Shown: piece after piece, positions 52,787 through 64,000 of the stretch | Layout of the letters: each line of letters begins with the position of its first letter | How positions within the stretch are numbered: position 1 is the first letter of the stretch | Source of the DNA: Paramoeba atlantica | Lineage: Eukaryota > Protista > Discosea | Length of the DNA: 64,000 nucleotides | Reading direction: 5' to 3' | NCBI GenBank assembly: GCA_977017575.1 | Contig: CDRNVI010000056.1 | Coordinates: 310,001 to 374,000 of the forward strand | Translations under genes and position numbers: made by a program | The notes under the pieces: model-generated | What the model was told of the DNA's origin: nothing | The model's database searches: none | The model's input: only the letters and a program-made list of their open reading frames with translations

Positions 52787-53165
52787 TCTTTGAGGGGCAT
52801 TTTCAAGTTTTGGAATTAACCTTAGTAAGCGAGTTAGATACTCCGTATCTCCCTCAATATAGTCAACACCTCTACATTATGCAGACCAGACCCTCTAACC
52901 CCAAACAGGGGGAGTACGTACAAGGATGGAATGACAAAAGAGAAGACAATCCCCCAATATCCCACAAAGGAACCGTAGCATTACCTCTTTGCGAGAGAAA
53001 AGAAATAATAAAGCAACACAAAAAGGGATTAAGCATACATAAATTATCTAATAATTTCGGACGTGACCGTCGCACCATAAGAAGAATTGTTGTCTTTGAG
53101 GGGCATTTTCAAGTTTTGGAATTAACCTTAGTAAGCGAGTTAGATACTCCGTATCTCCCTCAATA
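52787..53165 (+). repeat. 73-bp perfect direct repeats enclosing an HTH-coding fragment
   Basis: 52787-52859 = 53093-53165; the interior encodes ERKEIIKQHKKGLSIHKLSNNFGRDRRTIRRIV (Tc3-like HTH). Confidence 0.7.
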
Positions 53166-53177
53166 AAATTCTGAAGG

Positions 53178-53400
53178 TCAATGTGCTATATGCATTATCA
53201 ATGTGCTATATGCATTATCAATGTGCTATATGCATTATCAATGTGCTATATGCATTATCAATGTGCTATATGCATTATCATTGTGCTATATGCATTATCA
53301 ATGTGATATATGCATTATCAATGTGCTGTATGCATTATCAATGGGCCGCTTAATATGCATTATCAATGTGCCTCTTAGTATGCATTATCAATGTGCTGGC
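53178..53400. repeat. 20-bp minisatellite ATGTGCTATATGCATTATCA
   Basis: Reverse complement of 47345-47610. Confidence 0.9.
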
Positions 53401-53588
53401 GCCAGAGCCTAAAAAAGAAAATTTGGTCAGGAAAGCTGAAGAAAACGGAAAGATTATAGCCAAAAATAGCCCGGGTAAAAATGGGGTCAATTTTAGCTTC
53501 AACAACCATGGCCGTTCAACCTTTAGGATTCAACTACCATGGCCGTAAAAAGTAATTCCGCTTCCTCCGCTTCCTGGCATTGTTTATC

Positions 53589-56500
53589 CTACGTTGTTGA
53601 GTAGTGTTCAGCAAAAGATCCCGCAGCCACCCAGCTAGCATTCCGGACAGAGTCCAAATACTTTAGTTGCTGTGCGTGGGTGACTGCGAAGTCTAACACC
53701 ATGCCACTTCCCAGGGTGCAATTCGGGAGAAACACGTCAGCTGGTCTGGTGAGACCCCCTCCTGGACCACGATTTCCCAGGCTTTTCTCCCTTTGCGGAG
53801 CCATGTCGGCTTTTCTGCAAAATGCTGTGAATTGCTCACAGACCGCGTTGTGACGGGTGGTGAGGCCATGCCCGTTCTTACATAACAATGCATGTTCCCC
53901 ATTTTTCTGCAGAGGTAATGCGCATCCCTTCGCTGGGCAAGGACGATCTTCTTGATAGATGTCGGATCCCAGCCACCAGCGGGACAACGTGCGGAACTCT
54001 GTTGGTGTGAAGGCGTATCCTTTGCTCCTAGAAGGCGTCACGAAATCCCAGCGACCTGCTCCCTTACCCGACTCTGAAACCCACCGTGCGCCAGTGCGAG
54101 GGTCAGCCTGCTCGTATGCTGTGGTAAATTTCTGCTGTGAGATAGCCTGGCTGAGTTGCTGCTGTCGAGGGATGACCATCTCCGGCGCGGTTGCCCTGTC
54201 CGCTTCCATATTGTTTTGAGTGCTCCGTGGGCGTTTCCTTTTCGGGAGGAAGTTGTGATGGTGGCCTGAGTATGGGGGTGGCTTGTCCTGCTTGAGTGTG
54301 CGCCCCGTGCTGTGATCCACTAGCGCTACTCCTGCTTTACGGTTTACGTCTTGTACCGAAATGGCGAATCCATCAGCCTCTGTAGGATCCCAGTCGTCTA
54401 TGTCGGCGGCGTGCGCGACGGAAGAAACGTAAGCGGCTGTCGCATGGAGTGTTGCAGACCTAAGGCCGAAACCTCCGTGGCGGTTCCTTCGTTGGATTTG
54501 GTCACGTGCGTGGGGTTCCAGGGGGAAAAGTGTCCACTCGACAGCTTTAAGAACGGTTTCGTCTAGTAGGCTACAAAGTTAAAAAAGAGCCCGTGGGGGT
54601 GTGGTGTGGAGAGCGTACACCATTTGGCAGAAACCAGTGCACTGGCGGATGAGGGCGATGGCGACTTGTGGATCGCCTATTAGCCCTATTGCTGCGAGAG
54701 TCTCGCGTGCGGGTTCAATGGCGTGAGACATTAGGAACTCCGCGCAGTGCTCCGCAGACCCAATCGGGGATCCGAGAATATCGAAATTCCCATCAACACG
54801 AATTTTGGCGGTGGGTATTTCCGGAAATAAAGTTGTGTGATGGGCTGAGGCAGGTGGCGTTATTATTTCACACTTGTTCTGATTCAGAAATAGCCCGCAT
54901 TGTGAATCAACCTCGGAAAAAACATCAAGCGCCTTTCGAACCTCCGCCGCCTCCCCCATGAGAACTCCGTCGTCCATGTATGACGTCGTCCATGTATGAA
55001 CTCCGTCGTCCATGTTCCTTCTGGCGTTGTTGAACGCATTTCTGAGGTCCACCTTACAGAAAACAAGACTGTCGCTCCCCTAGTTGTTTAGCATTGTTTT
55101 CCGGCACAGATGAATTACTCGTTCGGCCCCCGCGGATGCAACCACACCATACTGTCTTCCCCGGAATAAAATTTCAGCCTTCTCCTTTACGGCGACGCAT
55201 GCCGCTTTGCTTACTAGACGTCTGAGGGTTTCGCCCGCTTCTATGGGTCGGACATCTTCTTCACCTTTCTCCAGAGCGCAGAGATGGGCTCCTGCGTAGA
55301 ACAGTTGTACCTCTGGCGGTGCCTTTCCTTGGAGCATGTGGTTCACGAGGCGAGTGAGGGCCGAAAGAGGACCCACCTTCTTGTCGGCGTGTTCCAAAAT
55401 GGCAGCCTGGATATGTTCTGGACGTAGACCCATTGTTCCGGCAGAAGACCCTCTGCGAAAACTTTCGACCGCTTTCCAGACTTCCACTTCCTCCAGACGC
55501 AGGGGATTACCCCCAATCGGTGGAAGATCGTTCTCAAGAGGGTTTTCGTGAGGATTTGGGTGCTTTTCTAGAAGCTTCGCAAGAGTCTCCTCGTTGTCCG
55601 GCGCCATGGATGCTGCGGTTAGAGCGGCTAGTCCCCTAGAGTATTCCCCTCGACGTGACAGTATTTCTGCCCTGATTGCCGCTCTTTCTTCTTCGTTTTC
55701 GGAATTTCTAGGCTTGGAGCGTTTTTTGGCGTGATCTTTCAGGGCCTGTTCCCAGAGTAAGAGGTACTCTCCTGCCAACCAAAGCTCCATGTTTTTTTCC
55801 ACATGTGTAGAATATGACATACGAATATGTCTATGTCCTTTGCGTCCGCCTCGGTAAGGTGCAGGTAAGACGCATTTAGGGAGCATTGCGAGCAACGTCC
55901 ATGCCTCCACCGTGTTTTCTTGAACAGCAGAAGTAAAGACTTGTGTCAAAATGCTCGCCCACAGGAATGTGGGACGTCTTTACATGTACTTATGGGCAGT
56001 GCCCACACAGAGCTTAGCGTTGGGAGCAGGTTTTCCGGAGGAACATCCGCTGCGTTTCTAGGACATGTCGTTGGCCTAGGCGGGGTTGGAGATCTGACAT
56101 GGAGGTTGTGGCCTTTGCAGTGCTTGGGGTGAGACTTTTCCTTGTTTTTGTCGTAGTGCCTGCCGCAATCCTTGCAGAGAAATCTTCCATCTCTCTCCCA
56201 CCCGTCTGTGGGTACGCTTTCGCCGTGTCGGTGGGCCACATGGTTGTAACACGCTTGCCATTGTCCACCATGTGGAGGCGTCTTCCAAGAGCATCCTTCC
56301 GCTGGACATACTCGTTGCGTGCTGTGTTGTAGAGACGGTAACGGGTTTGCGTTCTTGCGCTTGTTTGGAGAAGAAATTTTCGCGCCAGAGACCTCCGGCG
56401 GGTTTCCTGCGCTCGCATCCACAACGCGAGAGTGATTGGTCTCTTCATCATCCGTCACTCTCCCCGTGTCCGGTGTGGGATTCTCTCCAGCGAACTTGAC

Positions 56501-56790
56501 GGCTCTTTCTGCCCAGTGTTTCGGTATGTTCTTGGGAATAGGTGTCGTGTATAAAAGTTCATTGTAGGAGCTCTGTCCAGAGATTAAGTGTGCGTTACCT
56601 GCAAATTGGTCCCAATCACCCGTGTTGTGAGAAATCTCTTCCTGGCGGAAAGAGTCGTCGTCCATGGGCAATGCATTCACGTCGAAAAGATCGTCTTGTG
56701 GCATGATTATACCCTCCTCCTGGGGAAAAAAGTGGGATAATTAAAATGTTGTCAACAAGGTACAGAAACTGTATCTTCATCGTTAAAGTT
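53589..56790 (-). mobile_element. Second SL-capped CRE-clade retrotransposon (degenerate, internally deleted, 3'-truncated)
   Basis: SL 56790-56753; ATG at 56704; LsmAD-like, ZnF, RT (RPIEAGETLRRL, DLRNAFN, YMDDG) and RLE (RPADV..LDFAVTH) fragments with stops and frameshifts. Confidence 0.9.
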
Positions 56791-57406
56791 TTTTATTTTT
56801 ATTTTTTTCTTGTTTCTTTTAGCCATTCAGGTTGAGCCCTGAGTCCCTGAGCTATACAAATATTATAAAAATCCCTCGTAGTCCGATGCGCAACTATCGG
56901 AACTGAGTTCCTCAAATTCTTCGGGAACGGGAAACCCGTAGTTATCATTAATGCACTTCATTATATTCACGAAGCGACTCTGCCAAGACTGCTCGCGGCC
57001 ATTATGTGTATCCCCATACTTTACACACTGGAGCGCGACGTTTCGCTGCAACTCCAACGTTGTTGCCCCAAAATTATAGTGTTAGAGTCTTGTTGTTGTT
57101 GTTGCCACAGCCCGTTTACCTGCGTCAGGTGTGGGCTCCTACTTCCCGCGTAGATCGCGGTGCAGATGATGATACTCGAAGCATCAGTATCGACGTGAGA
57201 GGAGAGTTCGACCAGCTCTCTTCCATCACCAGAACGGCAATGGGCCCTCGACCACAGAAGATACGTACCTGACTTTATCTTCCTCTAGAGAAAGCCAATA
57301 AATAATACAATGGTGCTGTCAACCTTTCAGGAATTGCTTCCCTACAGATTGTTGGTCGCGCACCAAGGAGCTCAAGGAGGTGAGGTTCGCTGGGCCCTAA
57401 CATCGC

Positions 57407-58400
57407 CTAACTTGGCGATGCCCCTGACCTAGTTATCACGGCAATATTGACTTTATGACGTATGACCTGGGGGAAAAGGCTCTTTTCGTTTCCTTCGTTT
57501 ATTGCTGTATCTATTCTCTTCTTTATATTGTAAATCTTTATAATCTTGTCTTTCCATGCTTTTCCATTTTGCGCTTGAGTTTTCCATATAATTGGGTTTA
57601 GTCCAGCTCTTTCTGTGGAGCCTCTTATCGCCTGGTCCGCTGTTTTATATCCAGCTCTTGGAATCCTTCCTTCATATGACCCAAAGAGGATTCGGTTAGG
57701 GAACCTTTCTGGGCCCATACGAGCCACGTGACCTGAGAATGATAGTATTCTTACGTCTATTCGAACTTGCAAGGGTGGCACGTGCGCAATGCGTAAAATT
57801 TCCTCGTGCGATTTTCCGTGAAAATTTTGGTTGGCAGTTGGTTCCTTGCTTGGTGTAAACATCTTGTTCGTTTCCGTTTCTCCTTCCCAGGTCCTTATTT
57901 GGAAAGCTTGTTGTATCAGTTGGACGTAGGCCTGAGTTATCCTTGTAAACTGCATTGGTGCAAGCTGCCAAATTGAGCATCCGTATATAAGGTGTGGGAC
58001 GACATAGGCTTCAAACACCTTTGCCTTTGGCCATCTCGAAAGTGCTTTATTTTTCCACACTGCTTTCGAGACCTGTAGAGCGTTAAAGGCGCTTCTTATT
58101 CTGTTATTAACTTCTTTTTCCAGTGACGTATCCTCTTGGATATACGATCCCAAATATTTGAAGCTGCTTACTTGCTCTATTCCGACTCCATTCAGAAATA
58201 TATCTACGGTGTGATACGTTTTTGAGTCAAAGAGTTGAATTACTTGACACTTCGTTTTTCCGCAATTCATCTGCATGCCCCAGTGGCTCGTGGTACTTGA
58301 CACGTTTTCTAAAACCTCCTGTAATTCTGATGCGCTGTCTGACCAGATGGTCAGATCGTCGGCATACGCCAGTATACCAATCTTGTCTTCCCCTTTCACC
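57407..58400 (-). mobile_element. RTE-clade non-LTR reverse transcriptase C-terminal half
   Basis: YADD, FKYLGS..EVNNRI, KAKVFEAYVVPHLIYGC..W, FSGHVARM...RILFG and W...AQ..KAW. Confidence 0.85.
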
Positions 58401-58625
58401 TGGTCGCCCCGGTGTGTTCCGTAATAGAGTAGTTCCGACTCCGAAGAATATTCGGCGTGGAAAAATCGATGAAAAGGCTTCAATGTCGCCAATCCGTAAA
58501 TAGCCCGCGCCAAGTCATTTCTAGATGGAGAGTTGAAGGCATTCTTAACATCAATGGATAATATGCAAGAGCCACCTCGATATTTCGCATTCAATTCGTG
58601 TACCACCCGTTTGCAGCCTCCTTTT
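58400..58625 (-). pseudogene. Fragment of a different (CRE/CZAR-like) RT fused in frame to the RTE RT
   Basis: GGCKRVVH..ILSIDVKNAFNSPSR..FF..EYS.ES.L. Confidence 0.55.
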
Positions 58626-58949
58626 GAAAGCACGCCCTGTTGGATTGGTGTGAATAGTGGTTGTAATGTGTTTTCGAATTCCGAAATATTGTAAACTTAC
58701 TTTTCCTTTTCCTGCCCTTCCTCGCACACTCTTCACTGTTCCTTTTGAGACGTTCAACTGATCTTGATCTCACCGGTTGAGACACGAATAAAGACTGTTT
58801 GGGGGTGTTTAGCGTGTGCGATGTCATTAGCTTTTGTCTCACTGGTTGAGACACGAATAGAGACTCTTTAGGGGTGCTTGTGCTCACAGCTACATATCGG
58901 ACACCGTTCCATACAAATCTGGGAGATAAACGAGTAGAATAGCCTGTGA

Positions 58950-59625
58950 AATTCGCTCGCAGTCTCTTCGATGCCGGAGCACGAGTGGTTGTTGGGGTGG
59001 GGAACAATCCGTAGTGGATGGTTCGTCTTTCGGCACGACCGTACGGGGTCTTCGCGCCGCCACTCGCCACCCCCCGACGAAAATCCTGCTGCGAACGGGG
59101 ACAATTCGCACGTATGTGGCCTGGCATACGACAATTATAACAGACAGGAGGCTGAGCCGGTAGCACCCGTCGTGATTGTTTACTTGTCTCTTCGAGCATA
59201 AACTTACCATAAGTATCATCAGGGTTTTGGACCTGGTGCAAACGTTGTTGGACCTTTTCGACGGGAGCGCCGGCTGCCGCCTAGTAATGATTGCAAAGTT
59301 CCTGAATAACTATCTTAGCGATGTTGTAAAAATTCTCATCAGTCCATTCAGCAAGCTTACGCGCGGCATAGGTCCATTGGATCAACATCTCAAAAAGCCT
59401 TTCGCGAACAAGGGGAGGATTGAAACGGACACCGAATTCCTTATACTCGCGAAGCTCGCGTACTAACTCACGTGGTTTGAATTCATCTAGAGCCTCGATC
59501 CAAGTCCCCCATGTTTTCGGTTCGATAGGAGAAAAGTTCTTTGGGTCCGATAAGGATAAGCGATCCAAGGAAGGAAGTCGTTCGACCCGTGCACCGCCCG
59601 GCATCCGGGCTTGAACCTTGGCCAA
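58950..59625 (-). pseudogene. Gag-like ORF with CCHC zinc knuckle (one in-frame TAG)
   Basis: ORFs 59281-59625 and 58591-59241 are in one frame; CYNCRMPGHIRANC. Confidence 0.65.
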
Positions 59626-59639
59626 GGCAAGCGAATAGT

Positions 59640-61700
59640 AATCTATGTCTGAAAATGGGAAAGGGGAAGTGTTGGAGTCTTACCCAATACTTAATGGTGT
59701 TGTGGACACTCTCAGCACCATTAGTATGGTATCCCTTCTCGTTCACAAACTCCTTAAACCAACTGTACGGATATTATTCGCATTTTTTTATTATTCGCAA
59801 TATACTTATTATTCGCAAATACACTTATTATTCGCATTTTCTATTATTCGCATTTTTTTGGTTTTGGGATTTTTTGTCCTTTTTATATCTGAATGAAGTG
59901 TCACAAGCTCACAATATTCGTCGGCTTAATGCAGGAGGAACCGTCAATTATATGCAAAAAGATGAGACTTGTACGAGTACGGTGAAGAGAGGGATGAAAT
60001 TCCTCACGGAGTGTGTGAACGGAAAGTTGAAAGTAAACGGTGGATCTAGATTTCGACGTATTTTGGCAGACATCCAACTCTTTTGTGAATCTGTGGAGAT
60101 GCAATAAGCAAGGGTGATTCAATAAGCAAAGATGGAGGAAGTGATTGGCAAAGGTGAGAGGAATAAGCAAAGGTGGAGGAAGATAGATGTAGTCATGTAA
60201 CGAGAAGCACGATGCATTCGAGAATGATTTTAGGAAAAACCTTTTTTTGCGCAATTTAGGTACTAATTGTCCCATTCTTTTGACTGGAAGTGTGTGACCA
60301 AGCGCCGTAGATGAGGTAGGAGGCGCAAGGACAGAAGCAGAAGGCGGAGAATTCTGACTTTTTGCCGCGGCGACGACGACTTACTCGCGTGGGAATCTGT
60401 AAGCATACCTAGGGAACGTGTTTTCATGGCTCTGGAGCCCCTGCAACTTGGCGTCTTTTTTGGGTCCACCCGGGTCCACTCGGGGTCACGGTGGGTCACT
60501 AGGGGCCATGGTGGGCCACTGCTACTGGTCCTTGTTGATCATTTTGTATGTATGTAATTATTGTGATGGGAAAAATGTATTGTCCTCGCTGCAAGGTGGA
60601 CCGCCACGTGTCTTTGGGGGAACCTATAAGGTGTGTAATGTGTGCATGCACCATTGAAAGTGATGCAAAAGATCCTTGCCTCCAATGTCAAAGGGTCTCT
60701 GTAATCATAGGTACGAACTACTGTCCTCTATGTAATGCTCCACAGGACTCTGAACGACTTCTGCCCAGTGCCATCGACCATCTACACGCTCGTGAGCTTC
60801 AAGGGAAGCACAATTTTCGCGCTCTTGCGGATGGAGGGTTTTATGAAAGTCGCACCAATAGGCTGATACTGCCTTATTCAAAGACAATTCCCCTATCAGT
60901 TTTCCAAGCAAAAACAGGATCACAAGTGCGAACAATCTCTTTTACACTTTCATAGCTTTTTAGGTCATGTTTTCATAAAATCCTTCATTAATTCCTTAGT
61001 GGGGTATTATCAATGCATAGCATCTGTCCCTCGCCGGAGGTATTTCTCGCCGGTTTTTGGGTCCACTCGGGGCCACTTGGGGCCACCAAGGCCCACACTC
61101 GGGTACATACAAAGTAAGAGATACCATCTTTCCTGTGCGAAGCCGCCGCATCTGTGTTATCGGTATCTCCCTCGTCCACTTTAGCCTGGATTATGTCGTT
61201 CTTCTGCGTTTTATGAACGCTTTTCCTTACATTTCTTTCGCATTCGGTGCAAAATACATTTGTTATTCGCATTTTTTTCTTATTCGCACGCGAATAATAT
61301 CCGTACAGTCGGTTTACTATGATTTACGGAGTAGTGACGTCAAACTTGGTTCAAACCATTGTAAACCCCCCAACAATCGCTCACTACCACGGATGGCGCA
61401 CTGGCAAGATGGGGAATGATGAAGCCATGGAGGGTAGGCGTATCACGACGCTTCAGCAATTTCCAATGGGTCCGCCCCGTTTTACCAGTGCCTCGAGACT
61501 CCGTGACAGTTGCGAACCACCATCCTCTTTTCCGCTGTCTACGGCCCCGATTATACTTCCGTTTGCCGACGAAAGTCTCATCGACCTGCACTCGACTGAA
61601 TCCATAATTGGACATGGTTTCCTTACGGAGTGGAACGTGGGTGCAGGTGGACTGCACATCAAACACCCACATGAGAGACCGTGCGCCACCAGTGGCTGCC
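59640..61700 (-). pseudogene. Second-family Merlin transposase remnant split by a nested insertion
   Basis: VDETFVGKRKYNRGR..WW..SDCWGVY..VNHSK (61700-61315) continues as EFVNEKGYHTNGAE (59756-59640). Confidence 0.8.
59757..61314. mobile_element. Non-autonomous TIR element with TA TSD
   Basis: TIR AACCRACTGTACGGATATTATTCGC; TA on both sides; TTATTCGCA subterminal repeats. Carries a deleted Merlin piece (59900-60110) and a Cys-rich ORF (~60572-60955). Confidence 0.8.
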
Positions 61701-62010
61701 CTGGTGTTCCATTTAGAGAATGTTGTTACAGATCGCCATGTTGTGGAAGGGTGGCCAGCTGGGAGATAACCCAGATTGAAAGGGGCGAGGGAGATACGAA
61801 GCAACAGGCGTGGCAGATTCCCACTGAAAAGAAATGGTATCTTCCCGCACGAGAAAAGCCTTTGCGCTTGCTAGCTCGGAGACAAACTTCGTGCGAGGAG
61901 ATACCATTTCTTTTCAGTGGGAATCTTCCAGGCCTGTTGCTTCGTATCTCCCTCGCCCCTTTCAATCTGGGTTTATTATATTTACTTAACATACCTATAC
62001 CTTGATAACA

Positions 62011-62364
62011 TAAAGGGGGGGTTCGTCTATTATTAACAACCATCTATTATTAAAAATGATATTATTTCATCTATTATTAACATTCATCTATTATTAACAA
62101 GAATTAATTTTCTTCATTTTTCGCAGCTTCCCTAAAGGAAAATTCGCTAAAACTAACTTTCATGGAGCTTTTTTTCGTAAAAGTTGGGTTATTCTTGGGG
62201 ACAAGGGTAGTAAACAAGCCGAAAATAAGCCGAAAAGGTCTATTGTTAATAATAGATGAAAAATTCATCTATTATTGAAAAAGGGGGTATTATTTCATCT
62301 ATTATTAACAAACCGTCTATTATTAACAAAAACGTTTGTTAATAATAGACGAACCCCCCCTTTA
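62011..62364. mobile_element. MITE with 29-bp TIR and 17-20-bp flanking direct repeat
   Basis: TAAAGGGGGGGTTCGTCTATTATTAACAA TIR; CCTATACCTTGATAACA at 61994-62010 and 62365-62381. Confidence 0.8.
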
Positions 62365-63026
62365 CCTATACCTTGATAACATACCGGGGGGTATGTTAAA
62401 TGGGTATGTGGTTTATGTCCCAGGGCTACGCTCACAGTTGGGTATCTATAGAATTCAGATCTCCCAGTACTACGCTTTCATGGGGGTTAGAGTGAACGCG
62501 TACATGTGTCTATAAATTCAAGAAAAGAGGAAAAGACATTTCAATATATATTTTTGACTGGCACATTCTTGCTAAAGCCTCTCGCACTTTCACCCCTTGA
62601 GGATTGATCCTTGACGCAATGAAGCGCCGTTGCCTTTGATACGTCGGACCGTTCGTAAACTGGTCCAATCTTTTTCACTACTTTTGAGTCCGAATCGCTA
62701 AGACAAACATTCAATTTCTCTTGCATCGTCAAACACACTTTAGAAGTCCTAGGTGTGCTGATAGAGAGAGAATGAAGTGCCTTGGTGGAGGACGGCTGAC
62801 GACTGGGGGAACCAAATTATTTTTTTCGTTGAACGACATTTTCATGTCGTTCATCCCAAATTTTAATGACTTAAACAATTGAAAAACTAGAAGTCAGTAT
62901 GGAAGGAAATACTTTTTTAATAGATTTTTAGTGTCTCTATCACACGTTCAACGTACGGCAACGATTCGTTTGAACGACCCCTATAAAATTTATCCACATA
63001 AGAATATCTTAATTCAGTAACGTGTA

Positions 63027-63761
63027 ATGGACTACCAGCCCTCCAAAGTGCGTCCCTCCAAAGTGCGAGGCGTAAATATGCCACAAGAAATGGACCTTGA
63101 ACGTCTAATTAGTGGTGTTTCCAAACCACACGAAAGTTGGAGTTCACGGACACCAGCATGTCAGTGGATAGGCATAGAATGCAATCTCGACGAACAAGTC
63201 ACGAAAATATTTTGGGCTCGTCGATCACTCCGTGGGCACTTGAATTTTTCGCACATCCCAATCTCAGTAGTGCGTTTCGATGTTGAAGAAAACATGTTAA
63301 CTGGTGGAATATTTTTGAGTGGCTTGTCTCCGTTAGTGAATCTTAAAGATTCCATTATTGGTAGGAATGAGTTTACTGGAAATCCGGACCTTACAGTTTT
63401 ACCACAAAATTTGTCGTCGACATGGATGGAGCAGAACAAACTTTCGGGTGAAGTATGTCTTACCCAACTACCTACTGAATTGAAGCATCTCGACATCAGT
63501 TGCAATGAATTAACTGGGAATATTGATCTGCGGTCTCTCCCGAGTACTCTACGTAGTTTATATATGAACCAAAATTTATTTGAAGGAATTGTGGACTTGT
63601 CACATCTTCCACAAAAGCTTGATGACTTCTTTATTGATGACAATGAACTGTTGGAAGGTACCATAATGTTAAGCAGCCTCCCTGCTAATTTAAAAGGTGA
63701 GGTTTTACGGATGACGAGAAATACTAAGCTTATTGTTGCTTCGGAATCACTCTTGGGGTAA
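63027..63761 (+). CDS. LRR protein (same family)
   Basis: KVRGVNMPQEMDLERL, TPACQW and LPxxL LRRs. Confidence 0.85.
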   Translation: MDYQPSKVRPSKVRGVNMPQEMDLERLISGVSKPHESWSSRTPACQWIGIECNLDEQVTKIFWARRSLRGHLNFSHIPISVVRFDVEENMLTGGIFLSGLSPLVNLKDSIIGRNEFTGNPDLTVLPQNLSSTWMEQNKLSGEVCLTQLPTELKHLDISCNELTGNIDLRSLPSTLRSLYMNQNLFEGIVDLSHLPQKLDDFFIDDNELLEGTIMLSSLPANLKGEVLRMTRNTKLIVASESLLG

Positions 63762-64000
63762 TCTACTCTCTTGGGGCAATCTCTCTCGGGGTAGAGTGTG
63801 TTTTGTTTTCGCAAATATCTCACTTTTCTTACACCGGACTGGATTTATAAACATAAATCCAAAACGTATATAATTTAGTCGCTTCGTTAAACGCGGTGGT
63901 TGTTTTCAACATAGCAGTCACTCATGCTGCGAGCTTCGCGTTGAAAACTACCTGCGGGTTCAAAATAAGCGACTAAAAAAGAAAAATTGAATAGGAAACC

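Overview
This is a eukaryotic window, almost certainly from a kinetoplastid or related euglenozoan; an early-branching lineage such as Perkinsela or another prokinetoplastid is plausible but cannot be proven from the sequence. Evidence: intron-less genes, a ~148-nt trypanosome-type U2 snRNA placed divergently ~94 bp from a tRNA gene, and four relic spliced-leader (SL) exons carrying the kinetoplastid core ACAGTTTCTGTAC. Host genes are few: adenylate kinase, an Arf-like GTPase, a Bax-inhibitor-1 protein, Snf7/ESCRT-III, an expanded LRR family, 7 tRNAs and U2. The rest is densely nested mobile DNA: CRE/SLACS-clade retrotransposons, an RTE-type RT, Merlin, hAT, Tc1/mariner, two IS30-type transposases, MITEs and minisatellites. 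Most notable: (1) CRE-clade retrotransposons that start with a trans-spliced SL exon and encode an N-terminal Ataxin-2/Pbp1 LsmAD-like domain fused to ZnF-RT-RLE; (2) an IS30-type DD33E transposase family apparently resident in a eukaryote; (3) a three-part template-jump retro-insertion inside one 21-bp TSD; (4) three nested Merlin elements, each with its own 19-bp minisatellite; (5) a C-to-G codon skew inversion along each housekeeping gene; (6) repeated 5'-end stutter duplications of those genes. All family assignments come from motif recognition by eye; no database search was run.
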